From positions 1 to 54,243 of the IMG/VR virus record IMGVR_UViG_3300047275_000087: a stretch of 54,243 nt of DNA. The stretch is one strand, 5' to 3'. Source of the DNA: a virus (taxonomy: Duplodnaviria > Caudoviricetes). Both the position numbers and the translations under genes were made by a program. Below the pieces are notes generated by a model. That model worked only from the letters and a program-made list of their open reading frames with translations. It had not been told where the DNA came from and did not search any database. Shown here piece by piece: positions 17,122 through 26,741 of this stretch (within the stretch, counting starts at the first letter, position 1; the number at the start of each line of letters is the position of its first letter).

Positions 17122-17643
17122 ATGATACCTATTGTTGGTGCACTACTCGGCACTTTGGCTGAAAGCGGTCTTACTCTTTTGTCGTCTGCTATCCAAGCCA
17201 AGGGTAAAGATGTAGTAGAGAAAACCCTAGGTGTAAAAATTCCTGACAATCCTACTCCTGCTGATGTGGAGAAACTGCGTCAGTTGCAGTACGACCATGA
17301 AGAACGCTTGTTGGAGTTGGGTATCGAGAAAGCCAAACTTGAGCAGGAAGAACTCAAAGCACTGCTGGCAGCGCAAGCCAACCAAGAGGACAATGTCTCC
17401 GACCGCTGGAAGGCAGACATGGCTTCCGATTCGTGGATGTCAAAGAACATCCGCCCTATGACTCTCATCTATATCCTGAGTGCGTACCTGCTGTTTGCAG
17501 GGCTTAGCGCCGCAGGCATCAATGTGCAAGAGTCTTATGTGAGTCTACTCGGTCAGTGGGGTATGCTGGTAATGACAGCCTACTTCGGCGGGCGTACAGT
17601 TGAGAAAGTCATGGAGTTGCGCAACAAAGGGGGCGACAAATGA
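17122..17643 (+). CDS. Putative holin (3TM-holin-like)
   Basis: SDSWMSKNIRP followed by TM helices and AYFGGRTVEK; overlaps the endolysin start. Confidence 0.7.
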   Translation: MIPIVGALLGTLAESGLTLLSSAIQAKGKDVVEKTLGVKIPDNPTPADVEKLRQLQYDHEERLLELGIEKAKLEQEELKALLAAQANQEDNVSDRWKADMASDSWMSKNIRPMTLIYILSAYLLFAGLSAAGINVQESYVSLLGQWGMLVMTAYFGGRTVEKVMELRNKGGDK

Positions 17644-17978
17644 GTCTCAGCCAAGAACAAGCAGCGTTTCTTTTGGACGCCTGCAAATTGATTCAATATG
17701 CTACTGAGCAGGGCTTCATGGTGACTGGTGGTGAACTTGCCCGTACCCCTGAGCAGCAGGCTATCTATTTCAAAACTGGTCGCAGCAAGACCATGAATTC
17801 AATCCATCTCAAACGCTGTGCGGTTGATTTGAACTTCTTCAAGGATGGACAAATCATCTGGGATAAGAGTATCCTTGCACCTATTGGTGCGTACTGGGAG
17901 AGTCTGAATCCAAAAAATCGTTGGGGTGGGAACTTCAAATCTCTTGTTGATTGCCCGCACTTTGAGCGAAATGTCTAA
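17640..17978 (+). CDS. Endolysin, peptidase M15 family
   Basis: RTPEQQ, S.H...AVD and WGG.F...D.PHFE zinc-peptidase motifs. Confidence 0.85.
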   Translation: MSLSQEQAAFLLDACKLIQYATEQGFMVTGGELARTPEQQAIYFKTGRSKTMNSIHLKRCAVDLNFFKDGQIIWDKSILAPIGAYWESLNPKNRWGGNFKSLVDCPHFERNV

Positions 17979-17980
17979 CT

Positions 17981-20602
17981 ATGGCTGCTGTCAAACTTGT
18001 CAAATTCCTAGGTGAAGCCCCCAAGATTTCACCTGAACTACTCCCCGATTCTGCGGGACAGTTGGCGTACAACGTCAAGTTGTACTCTGGTGATTTGATT
18101 CCGTATCGACTACCATACCTTGTAGACAATGTCGGGCGCACTGGTGACATCAAGACACTTTATGGCTTGCGTGACCCAGACACTGACGAACTCAAGTTCT
18201 TGACATGGGCTACTGACGTTGACATCGTTACTGCTTCTGACTCTACGGATATGGAGCAGCGGTTTTACTACACCGGCGACGGAGTGCCTAAGGTATCCAA
18301 CTATCAGTTGGCTACTGCAACTGGTGAGCCATACCCAAACAACTTTTACGAACTTGGGTTACCGCTACCTGAGACAAAACTTACAACCTCAGCAGCATCG
18401 TTTTCCAACAAGACGACATCTACAAAGGCACGTGATGCAGGTAACACAGCCACGATTGTAACCAGTGCTGCACACGGTTTGCGTACAGGTAACAAGGTAA
18501 CTATCAGTGGTATGCCTGCGGGTACTTCTACTGTGGCTACATTCAACGCAACCAATGCTGAAGTTACAGTTATCAATACAACGACATTTTCGTATTTCTG
18601 CCCCGGTGAAACTGTAAGCACCACGGCGGATACATCCGGCACTGTTGCGTTGGCGGGTACAACATTCCCACGCTCGTATGTTTATACATGGTATACACCG
18701 TGGCTGGAAGAATCTATTGCTTCTGACCCATCTGACAACTTGTATATCAAAGAAGGTCAGACAGTTACGGTTACCAACATTCCGACCAGCAAACCAACTG
18801 GGGACAACTTTGTACGTGGCGTACGTTTGTATCGCACGCTGTCGTCTACTTCTGGCACACTGTACTATCTGCTGCGCACTTTGTGGTTTCCTACTTCGCT
18901 TGCTCGTGTGCAGCGCACGAGTAATGTATCTCGTGTAACACTGTCAAATCATCACAACCTTGGTATTGATGACCGCTTCAAAATTAGCGGCTGCCTTGAT
19001 TCATCATTCAACATTACTGGTGGTATTGTTACTGATGTCATTGATGACTATACATTTGAGTACGCACAGACTGCGTCTGATGTAGCCGACAAAGCAGAAA
19101 TTGCAGGCACGCTTTACTATGATGTTTCTGAACTGCCTACCAGTACTGCACGGTACTGGGGCGATGGTGGTACATATTCGTTCACAGACGATTTTGACTC
19201 CACACTGCTAACTGACATTCTTACTACGGATGACTACGACCCACCGCCTGAAAACCTCCAAGGTTTGACTGCGGTACAGAACAACATTCTTGCTGGTTTT
19301 GAAGGTAACCAACTTTACTTCTCTGAGCCTAGTGTCTTTCACGCATGGCCTAACAAATACGCTCTGACATTTGAGTCCCCGATTGTGGGTATAGCATCTG
19401 TTGGTGGTTATGTGCTTGTACTGACTGAAAAGTATCCATATCAAGTATCAGGTAACAACCCAGCCACAATGGCGTTTGCTCGTATTGATACGCTATACCC
19501 TTGCGTGTCTAAACGCTCAATTGTAAACATGGGTTACGGCGTGGTTTATGCTACCTATGGTGGACTGGCTGTTTACAATCCGTCTCTTGGTATGGACTTG
19601 ATTACCAAGTATGTGCACGACTGGGATACATGGGACTCCACACTGAGTCCTAGTACTCTGGCTGCAAAGTTCTATAACGGCAAGTACTTTGCCTCGCACT
19701 CTACCAACTCATTTACGTTTGAACGTGACGAGCGTATTGGTGGTTACTTTGTGTCCATCAACTATCTTTGGTCTGCGGCTTGGTATGACCCAAAGACCAA
19801 CAACTTCTACTACATTGCGGACAACTTAGGCAACCTATACCAATGGGATAAAAACACACAACCACTTGCTTCAATGGAGTGGAAGTCTAAAGTTATTGTG
19901 ACCAAGGACTATCTCAACATTGGTGCAGCGCGTGTGATTGCAGACTATGCAACACCTGACGCAGAGGCTGAGGCTATCTCGGCGTACAACGCTGGAGTAC
20001 CAACATATAACCTTCAGGTTTGGAATGATTACGCTACACCAATCCAGACGGCATCATATGCTCGTGCAGCAAACGTCGCTACGATTGTGACGGCTACTGC
20101 GCATGGATTTGTGACTGGCAGCAAAATCACTATTTCTGGATTCTCAGGTGGTTTGTCGTCTACTTTCAATGCAGCAGATGCAGTTATTACTGTGGTGAAC
20201 TCCACCACATTTACCTATCCAAGTGTGGGTACAACGGCTACTACGACTGCGGATACATCCGGTACAGTTATTTGTTTCAAAGGTCTAGGCGACATGAACG
20301 GCCCATACGACCGGACAACAAGTTTGGGTGTGCGCATTGAAAACTCAGGGACTCTGAACTCCACAGTCATCAACGGGGACAATCTCACTCGTTCGTTCAA
20401 AACTGTTGCTGGAGTTCTTCCGATTACATTCCGTATCTGGGCGGACAAGTCGCTCATCTTCCAAGGCACAGTATCTTCAGATGAGATTTTCAGACTGCCT
20501 ACAGGCTACCGCTCTGACACGTTTGAGTTTGCGGTTTCCGGTTCTGCACGGGTTCGTGCGGTACATGTAGGGGAAACCCCGTTTGGATTGAGGGCGGCGT
20601 AA
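17981..20602 (+). CDS. Tail nozzle / tail tubular protein B-like
   Basis: 873 aa beta-rich protein with LYFSEP...HAWP and C.SKRSIV motifs, carrying three inserted T...HG...G.K.TISG beta-barrel repeats. Confidence 0.75.
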   Translation: MAAVKLVKFLGEAPKISPELLPDSAGQLAYNVKLYSGDLIPYRLPYLVDNVGRTGDIKTLYGLRDPDTDELKFLTWATDVDIVTASDSTDMEQRFYYTGDGVPKVSNYQLATATGEPYPNNFYELGLPLPETKLTTSAASFSNKTTSTKARDAGNTATIVTSAAHGLRTGNKVTISGMPAGTSTVATFNATNAEVTVINTTTFSYFCPGETVSTTADTSGTVALAGTTFPRSYVYTWYTPWLEESIASDPSDNLYIKEGQTVTVTNIPTSKPTGDNFVRGVRLYRTLSSTSGTLYYLLRTLWFPTSLARVQRTSNVSRVTLSNHHNLGIDDRFKISGCLDSSFNITGGIVTDVIDDYTFEYAQTASDVADKAEIAGTLYYDVSELPTSTARYWGDGGTYSFTDDFDSTLLTDILTTDDYDPPPENLQGLTAVQNNILAGFEGNQLYFSEPSVFHAWPNKYALTFESPIVGIASVGGYVLVLTEKYPYQVSGNNPATMAFARIDTLYPCVSKRSIVNMGYGVVYATYGGLAVYNPSLGMDLITKYVHDWDTWDSTLSPSTLAAKFYNGKYFASHSTNSFTFERDERIGGYFVSINYLWSAAWYDPKTNNFYYIADNLGNLYQWDKNTQPLASMEWKSKVIVTKDYLNIGAARVIADYATPDAEAEAISAYNAGVPTYNLQVWNDYATPIQTASYARAANVATIVTATAHGFVTGSKITISGFSGGLSSTFNAADAVITVVNSTTFTYPSVGTTATTTADTSGTVICFKGLGDMNGPYDRTTSLGVRIENSGTLNSTVINGDNLTRSFKTVAGVLPITFRIWADKSLIFQGTVSSDEIFRLPTGYRSDTFEFAVSGSARVRAVHVGETPFGLRAA

Positions 20603-20949
20603 TGGCACGGTTCACAGCAATCCCTTCTATACCTTCAGGTACAGTTACGGACTGGCAGTCTCAACTGCTTAACGCCCTAAAAGAAGATGTCGAACTTCTC
20701 TGCAATCTTCGCGGAGAGGCTGACTCGCAAAGCGTAGCGGTCACCAAAGGAAACATTGGTGTCAAATCTGCGCCAACACCAACATTTACTCGTGTATCTG
20801 CGACAGGTAACGGGTATACTATTAGCGGGCAACGAGTACCAGATTTAGACGATTACGGCAAGTTAATCAATGATGTTCAGTTGCTTGCCAATGACGTTGC
20901 GAATTTGCGGGCGACCGTTAACACGCTCATTTCCCAATTGAAAGGATAA
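20602..20949 (+). CDS. Small tail protein with C-terminal coiled coil
   Basis: TAATG coupling to the nozzle gene. Confidence 0.65.
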   Translation: MARFTAIPSIPSGTVTDWQSQLLNALKEDVELLCNLRGEADSQSVAVTKGNIGVKSAPTPTFTRVSATGNGYTISGQRVPDLDDYGKLINDVQLLANDVANLRATVNTLISQLKG

Positions 20950-20952
20950 ATC

Positions 20953-21930
20953 ATGGCAGGCAATAACCCAGTTCTTCAAATTCTAAACATGGCCCCCAAG
21001 GCTCCGTCGTCTGTTCCACAGGCCGGGCAGCCAACGGTACAGGGCGCTTTGGCTACCAACTTGACTGGTGTGCCCGCGCCTCAAATGGCTCCTACTCCTA
21101 CTGCCCCCGGCATGGGAGCGGAACTTCCAGCGCCTACTACATCGCTTGACCTCCCTGCATCGTTGCAAGGTCTGCTTGGCTCTGGCACTCCTAACATTAC
21201 TGTCAACGAACAAAGCGTTGCGACTCCGATTCAGACTGGCACTGTTGCCTCGAATCCAAGTGCGCCGGTGCTTGACTTTCGTTTACAACCCACCTATGCC
21301 GATGGAGGTATGGTTGGTGCTGGTGGTATGCCTATTCGCCCTTCTGACGTAGGGCCGAAACAAGAGCGCCTAAGCCCTCAGGCTATTGAAATGCAACTCC
21401 AAGAGTTCATGCGTAGACAGCCTCAGGAAGTTGCTCGTATTCAACAAGCCATCATGGCTGGATACCAGTCTGGTGAGATTACCCCTGAGGAGTTGAACAT
21501 GGCAGGGCAACTTGCTATGACTGCGCTTCAGAATCCTGAAATGTACACTTACATCCGCCAGTTTGCAATTCAGCAAGGTATGGCTAACGAGGAAGACTTG
21601 TCTCCTGAATATGACCAAGGCCTCATCTTTGTTCTCCTCTTGGCTATTCGTGCGGTGCAAGGTAACACCCAGCAAGGTATGGCTGGTGGTGCACCCGGTG
21701 GAATGGGTGGTATGAACAACCAGCCTATGATGAGCATGGCTTCTGGTGGCTATGTACATATGGGTGACCATGCTGCTAAAGGCGGTAAGGTTACTGGCCC
21801 GGGCACTGGTACTAGCGATAGTATTCCTATCCGTGTATCCGCAGGTGAGTATGTAATCCCTGCCAAAGTGGTACAGGCTAAAGGTAAAGACTTCTTCGAC
21901 GCACTTCTCAAGAAATACCAAAACGCATGA
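20953..21930 (+). CDS. Putative internal virion protein
   Basis: P/Q-rich, with A.GG.V repeats and a C-terminal GPGTGTSDSIP..S.GEYVIPA domain. Confidence 0.65.
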   Translation: MAGNNPVLQILNMAPKAPSSVPQAGQPTVQGALATNLTGVPAPQMAPTPTAPGMGAELPAPTTSLDLPASLQGLLGSGTPNITVNEQSVATPIQTGTVASNPSAPVLDFRLQPTYADGGMVGAGGMPIRPSDVGPKQERLSPQAIEMQLQEFMRRQPQEVARIQQAIMAGYQSGEITPEELNMAGQLAMTALQNPEMYTYIRQFAIQQGMANEEDLSPEYDQGLIFVLLLAIRAVQGNTQQGMAGGAPGGMGGMNNQPMMSMASGGYVHMGDHAAKGGKVTGPGTGTSDSIPIRVSAGEYVIPAKVVQAKGKDFFDALLKKYQNA

Positions 21931-22415
21931 GTACTCTACCAGCAGGGTTTGACCCAATACCTCTTGACGACTTTGAACCATTGCTCCTTGCAACCAAGGA
22001 GCAGTTCGATATGTATTGGACTGCCACTAAACCTTTGCTTGAAAAATGTGTGAAGCGTGCAATGCACGGAGAGATGACGATTGACGATATATACAACTCT
22101 GCCTTACAAGGAAAGATGTATATATTTGTTGTCAAATGTGATAAAACAATCACTAAGAGTGTGAAGTTGGCACTGGTACTAGAAATTGTTCACTACCCTA
22201 AATTGGCTGCAATGAACATCGTTGCGCTTGGTGGTAGTGACTTAGACGCCTTACATGCTAAGTATTGGAAGATGCTGTGCGGTTGGGCGTATATGAATAG
22301 TGTCCGAGTCATTGAGGGATGGGTGTCCCCAGCAATGGAACGGGTAATTTCTCAATACGGTTTTAAGCCTGTGTATACACACATGCGACTTGAATTAACG
22401 GAGGCTATGAAATGA
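21927..22415 (+). CDS. GNAT-like protein preceding the ejection proteins
   Basis: Position and alpha/beta pattern (IVALGG...IEGW.SPAMER...YGF) resemble podovirus acetyltransferase-like assembly proteins. Confidence 0.5.
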   Translation: MSTLPAGFDPIPLDDFEPLLLATKEQFDMYWTATKPLLEKCVKRAMHGEMTIDDIYNSALQGKMYIFVVKCDKTITKSVKLALVLEIVHYPKLAAMNIVALGGSDLDALHAKYWKMLCGWAYMNSVRVIEGWVSPAMERVISQYGFKPVYTHMRLELTEAMK

Positions 22416-24118
22416 GCGCAACAACATTTGTTCGTATGCCCAGTGCCAAACAGATGGCAATGATGGGTATTCCTGATTTACCTGAGGCTGCATTTGGTGG
22501 GGACATCCCTCCCATGCAGCGCAAGGCTTTGGTTAAAGCGATGGGTATTCGCCCACAAGGCGGTGGTGGTGGTCTAAAAGCAGTTGTGGCAGTTGTTGCT
22601 GCGGTTGCAATTCCATTTGTAGCCCCTGCTATTGCTGCATCCATCGGTGTGTCCGGTGCGATTGCTGGCGCTGCGGCTTCCGCTGGCATCTCAGCGGCTA
22701 CTGCTGCTACCGTCGGTTCTGTGGTTGGCTCTGCGATTGTTGGTGCTGGCCTCGGAGCAGTAAGTGCTGCTGTGACTGGTGGCGATGTTGGTCGTGGTGC
22801 TTTGATGGGCGGTCTAGGTAGCGGTATCTCTGGCTATTTTGCTGCGCCTTCTATGGCTCCAAACGCAGGTGGCCCTGCTGTTGCTACAAGCCCCGGCTCA
22901 CCTAATTTTGTCGGCCCCGTACAAGGAGCACCAACCACTACTGTGGGTATTGCGAACCTTGGAGATGGTGGCGCTGCTGTGGCTACATTTGACCCAGCAA
23001 CTAAGACGTACATGCTGGCGAATGGTACGGCTGTTGACCCATCGGCTATTGCATACGGCGGTCAAGTTAACAGTTCGTTGGCTGCCACATTGAGCAGTTC
23101 TAATAACGTGCAAGGCGCAGCCAATGCTATTCAGGCATCTGGCACATTGTCGGTTAACACTCCTGTGGCGCTTGGTGGTAATGCGGCTAACCTTGGTACA
23201 ACAAGTTTTTACAACGCTAACCTAACGCCTGCTACCTATGGTGGTGCAGGTAGTGCGTACACTGCTAATAATGCTGGTGGTACATATGCTGCGCAGTCTG
23301 CTCCTGCATACGCTCAATCTGGTCAAGCCGTAACTGCGGCTACTGAAAGTGCGGCGGCTGCACAAGCAGCGTTTAGCCCAACTTATGCGGCTAACGTAAC
23401 AACTCCGGCTGCGGGAACTAATACTGGCGGTGCTACTACTGGTGGCGCACAAGGTGGCCCTGCGCAAGCCGCTCCTGCTACGCTGTCTGAAGCACTTAAA
23501 CAGAAACTTACTAATCCATCTAGCCAAGCAGACTTCGTGCTTCGCGCAGCGGGTCAATTGGTTGGTTCCCAGATTGCTGGTGACGGTTTGAGCGAAGAAG
23601 AAAAAGCATTGGTTGCACAGCAAAAAGCAGAACTCGAAAGTCTACGCGCTACCAACAAAGCGTTGTTTGACCAGAAGATTCAGCAGGCTCTTGACCTTGC
23701 TGGTGAGTCGAACTACTTTGACCCTGAGACATTTGGTCTGCGTGCTGCTCGTCAGGTTCAGAACGCAGGTGCTCGTGCTAAGCAAGAAGGTTTGCGTGGT
23801 ATTGACTCCCGTCGTGCTGGGCTGCGCCGAGCCGAAGAACGCCGATATAACTTGGGCATCGACACTGGTGCTCAAACTGCTTACCTACAAGGTATGGATA
23901 CGGCTGAGCAAAATAAACTGCGTGTTAAACAGGCAGGCTTGTCGGCTATTCCTAGCCAAGGGTATGAGGCTTCCAACATGCAATACGCTTCGTACCTTGG
24001 CAACATGTACGATGCTGCTGACCGTCGCCGTCGTGCGGCTGCGGGCGATATTGGTGACTTGTTTGGCGGATTCACTGGTGGGGCTAAATCATCCGGCACG
24101 ACCATTAAGATTGGTTAA
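22412..24118 (+). CDS. Putative DNA ejection (pilot) protein
   Basis: Ala/Gly-rich hydrophobic N-terminal helices and a C-terminal coiled coil. Confidence 0.65.
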   Translation: MSATTFVRMPSAKQMAMMGIPDLPEAAFGGDIPPMQRKALVKAMGIRPQGGGGGLKAVVAVVAAVAIPFVAPAIAASIGVSGAIAGAAASAGISAATAATVGSVVGSAIVGAGLGAVSAAVTGGDVGRGALMGGLGSGISGYFAAPSMAPNAGGPAVATSPGSPNFVGPVQGAPTTTVGIANLGDGGAAVATFDPATKTYMLANGTAVDPSAIAYGGQVNSSLAATLSSSNNVQGAANAIQASGTLSVNTPVALGGNAANLGTTSFYNANLTPATYGGAGSAYTANNAGGTYAAQSAPAYAQSGQAVTAATESAAAAQAAFSPTYAANVTTPAAGTNTGGATTGGAQGGPAQAAPATLSEALKQKLTNPSSQADFVLRAAGQLVGSQIAGDGLSEEEKALVAQQKAELESLRATNKALFDQKIQQALDLAGESNYFDPETFGLRAARQVQNAGARAKQEGLRGIDSRRAGLRRAEERRYNLGIDTGAQTAYLQGMDTAEQNKLRVKQAGLSAIPSQGYEASNMQYASYLGNMYDAADRRRRAAAGDIGDLFGGFTGGAKSSGTTIKIG

Positions 24119-24130
24119 GGGGGCACAAAC

Positions 24131-26731
24131 ATGGCGCTCAATCTAAGTCAAACCGCCAGCAGTATGGGCATCATCTCTGGTCGCCAGAGAGAGGCTGAGC
24201 GTGCTGAATGGCAAGCCCGTGTCGAGGAGATGCGGTTGCAAGCGTTTAATCGTGAGGAACTGAACCGCCAACAAGACACACAAACCACGCAGCAAATGTT
24301 GGCGGGGTTGAACTTTAACCCCACGCAAAACTACAATCCGTTCTTCAGTACTGATGTACGGCAAGTTCCAGTTGAGCCTGCGGCTCCTGCGCCTGCTGCT
24401 GCGGCTCCTGCACCTGCACCCGCTGCTGCGGCTCCTGCACCTGCACCTGCACCTGCTCCCGCCCCCGCTGGTGTTCGTCTACCCGAGGCGCGGGTAAACC
24501 CCCCAACTGTTACAGATACAAACATACCTTTGCGCTCACCTATTGCTGCGCAAAACATTGCAGACTGGCAAGCACGCACTGGGCAGAAACTCCCTGCTGG
24601 GGTTGAAAAGTTCAGTCAAGGGCAAACCCTTACCCACCTTACTGTACCGGACTTCAACCCAAACCTTCCTAGCCGTGCTGGCTTGGTTGACGCAGAAGGT
24701 ATTCCGAAGATTGACCCGAACTCTGCTGGTTTTCAACGGTCTCGGCAAGAAGGTGCTGCGCGTAGTGCAGTTATTCAACAGCGTGAGCAAATTGCTGTTG
24801 GCTTAGCCACTGGTAAATTTGGCCCTGCTGGTGCTCCGTCTGGGCAACTGTACGGCTACTTCTTCGACAATAAGAGCGAGGCCGAGAAACGCGATATTGC
24901 TACCGCAGCAATGAAGTGGTTCCGTAGTGATGAATCACTTGCATATTTCATGCAGAACCCACAAGCACTGGCGCAAGCCAAGATTGACCCAATGGGTTTC
25001 TATGCTGCGTTTGCTGCTGAGGCTCCTGTTCGTGAAGCCCGTCGTCAATCTGAAATGCGCTCTGAGCAGACATCGACAGGCGCACCTGAAGTTGTTGGAC
25101 AAAAACTTCAACCAAAAGCAATTGACCAGAAACTTGTGGTCAGTTCGGCTAAGACTACTGACAAGCGTATCGAGCAACTGACTCCTATGCTTCCCAAGAT
25201 TTTGGAGAAGGCAGAGACTAAACGAATTCTTAGCCGTGCTGGTGTTCTACAAGTAGACCCTGCTGCGGCTTTGGCTGTGTATGGTCTTGAGTCAAACTTT
25301 GGTGCTGCTACTAAAGATAGTTCCGCTGGCGCAAGTGGCCCGCTTCAAGTTATGCCCGATACATTCGCGCTGATGAAGAACTGGTACACCAACGCTGCCA
25401 ACATTCAGAAGTACAAGATTCCGCAAGAGCAAGTAGATGCTGCAAGGAATATGCAGTTCGATGCTTCTGGCAAGATTGATGCTGGTCTATTGGTGCTCAA
25501 GTACAACGAGTATATTGGCAATCCTAAGAACCTTTGGGGTGCTGGATACCAAGGTAACGCTGACCAAGTTAGGAAGTTTGGACGCCCGCTCAATGCACAT
25601 GATGGCGCAATGATGAACGCAGACTACAACCGTGGATTTATTGCGCTCTACAACACTGCGTTAACTGCACTGTCTGGTAACCAACAACAATTGGCTGCTG
25701 CACCTGCTGCTCCCGCCGCTGCTCCTGTTGCTGCTGCTCCTGTTGCTGCGGCTCCTGCGCCTGCTGCACCCGCTCCTGCTGCACCCGCTGCGCCTGCGCC
25801 TGCTGCTCCTGCGCCTGCTGCACCCGCTCCTGCCGCCGCTGCGGTTGTTGCGAATGTAGAAAAGCCACAGATTAAGATGCCTCCGGCTGGCACGATTGAC
25901 CCCAATACATACGACCAGTTTACAAAGCAAGCCTTACAAATGCGGGACTACACTCGTCAGTTGGCAGTAAACGCTGCTAACAGTGGCAACCCTGCTAAAG
26001 CACTGGAGTACATCGGGAAAATCTACTCTACCGACCTTGACTTGTACCGCATGATGGGCGACCGTGGCGTGGCTGAGTTCACTCGCTTTGGTGACCCAAC
26101 TCGTATGGTTGGTGTGTGGAGTCAGTTCACAGGACAAAAACTCCAGTTACAACCACGCAGTGATGGTAAGTGGGACTTGTTCTCCAATGGCAAACCATTG
26201 GCTCAGGGCGTATCTGGTTCTGAGTTGATTGGCTATGCCAAAGAAGATATGGACGCCAAGTACTTGGCAAGTAAGTCGGCGCTTAAAGACTACATGTTCA
26301 AGAAATCGTTTGAGTCTGGACTCAAGATTGAGGAGACCACCGCTGGTGAACGCGCCAAGGCAATGGGGCAAATCTACATTGATACCAACAAGATTAACCG
26401 TCAACTCATTGCTGACATTTCTAAAGACATCAACGCTGGCAACATCAAGATGGCTCAGACAGCATTTGAGAACGCCACTGGTGTCAAGGTTACGATGTCT
26501 CCTGACGGTAGTGGTAAGGCACTGATTGTGTCCAACGACGGCTCTCGCATTGGCGTTGTCGATATGTCTGCTGGTACTATTACACTGAATGGCGAAACAA
26601 TCAACAAAGCGCCCGGAAGTCTGTTTGTGCTTGGAAGCGGTATGCCTAGTGCTGGTATGCCAATCTTCGGCCCAGCAGCAGAGAAAGCAGGAGTTAAACC
26701 TCCTGTGGCTGGGCTTTTAGTAAATCCGTAA
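24131..26731 (+). CDS. Internal virion protein with lytic transglycosylase domain
   Basis: SLT motifs LESNFG...SSAGASGPLQVMPDT, flanked by Ala/Pro linkers. Confidence 0.8.
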   Translation: MALNLSQTASSMGIISGRQREAERAEWQARVEEMRLQAFNREELNRQQDTQTTQQMLAGLNFNPTQNYNPFFSTDVRQVPVEPAAPAPAAAAPAPAPAAAAPAPAPAPAPAPAGVRLPEARVNPPTVTDTNIPLRSPIAAQNIADWQARTGQKLPAGVEKFSQGQTLTHLTVPDFNPNLPSRAGLVDAEGIPKIDPNSAGFQRSRQEGAARSAVIQQREQIAVGLATGKFGPAGAPSGQLYGYFFDNKSEAEKRDIATAAMKWFRSDESLAYFMQNPQALAQAKIDPMGFYAAFAAEAPVREARRQSEMRSEQTSTGAPEVVGQKLQPKAIDQKLVVSSAKTTDKRIEQLTPMLPKILEKAETKRILSRAGVLQVDPAAALAVYGLESNFGAATKDSSAGASGPLQVMPDTFALMKNWYTNAANIQKYKIPQEQVDAARNMQFDASGKIDAGLLVLKYNEYIGNPKNLWGAGYQGNADQVRKFGRPLNAHDGAMMNADYNRGFIALYNTALTALSGNQQQLAAAPAAPAAAPVAAAPVAAAPAPAAPAPAAPAAPAPAAPAPAAPAPAAAAVVANVEKPQIKMPPAGTIDPNTYDQFTKQALQMRDYTRQLAVNAANSGNPAKALEYIGKIYSTDLDLYRMMGDRGVAEFTRFGDPTRMVGVWSQFTGQKLQLQPRSDGKWDLFSNGKPLAQGVSGSELIGYAKEDMDAKYLASKSALKDYMFKKSFESGLKIEETTAGERAKAMGQIYIDTNKINRQLIADISKDINAGNIKMAQTAFENATGVKVTMSPDGSGKALIVSNDGSRIGVVDMSAGTITLNGETINKAPGSLFVLGSGMPSAGMPIFGPAAEKAGVKPPVAGLLVNP
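24375..24470 (+). repeat. Low-complexity (Ala-Pro)n coding repeat
   Basis: Tandem GCACCT/GCTCCT units; a second block lies at about 25694-25843. Confidence 0.8.
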
Positions 26732-26741
26732 TGAGGTAAAT

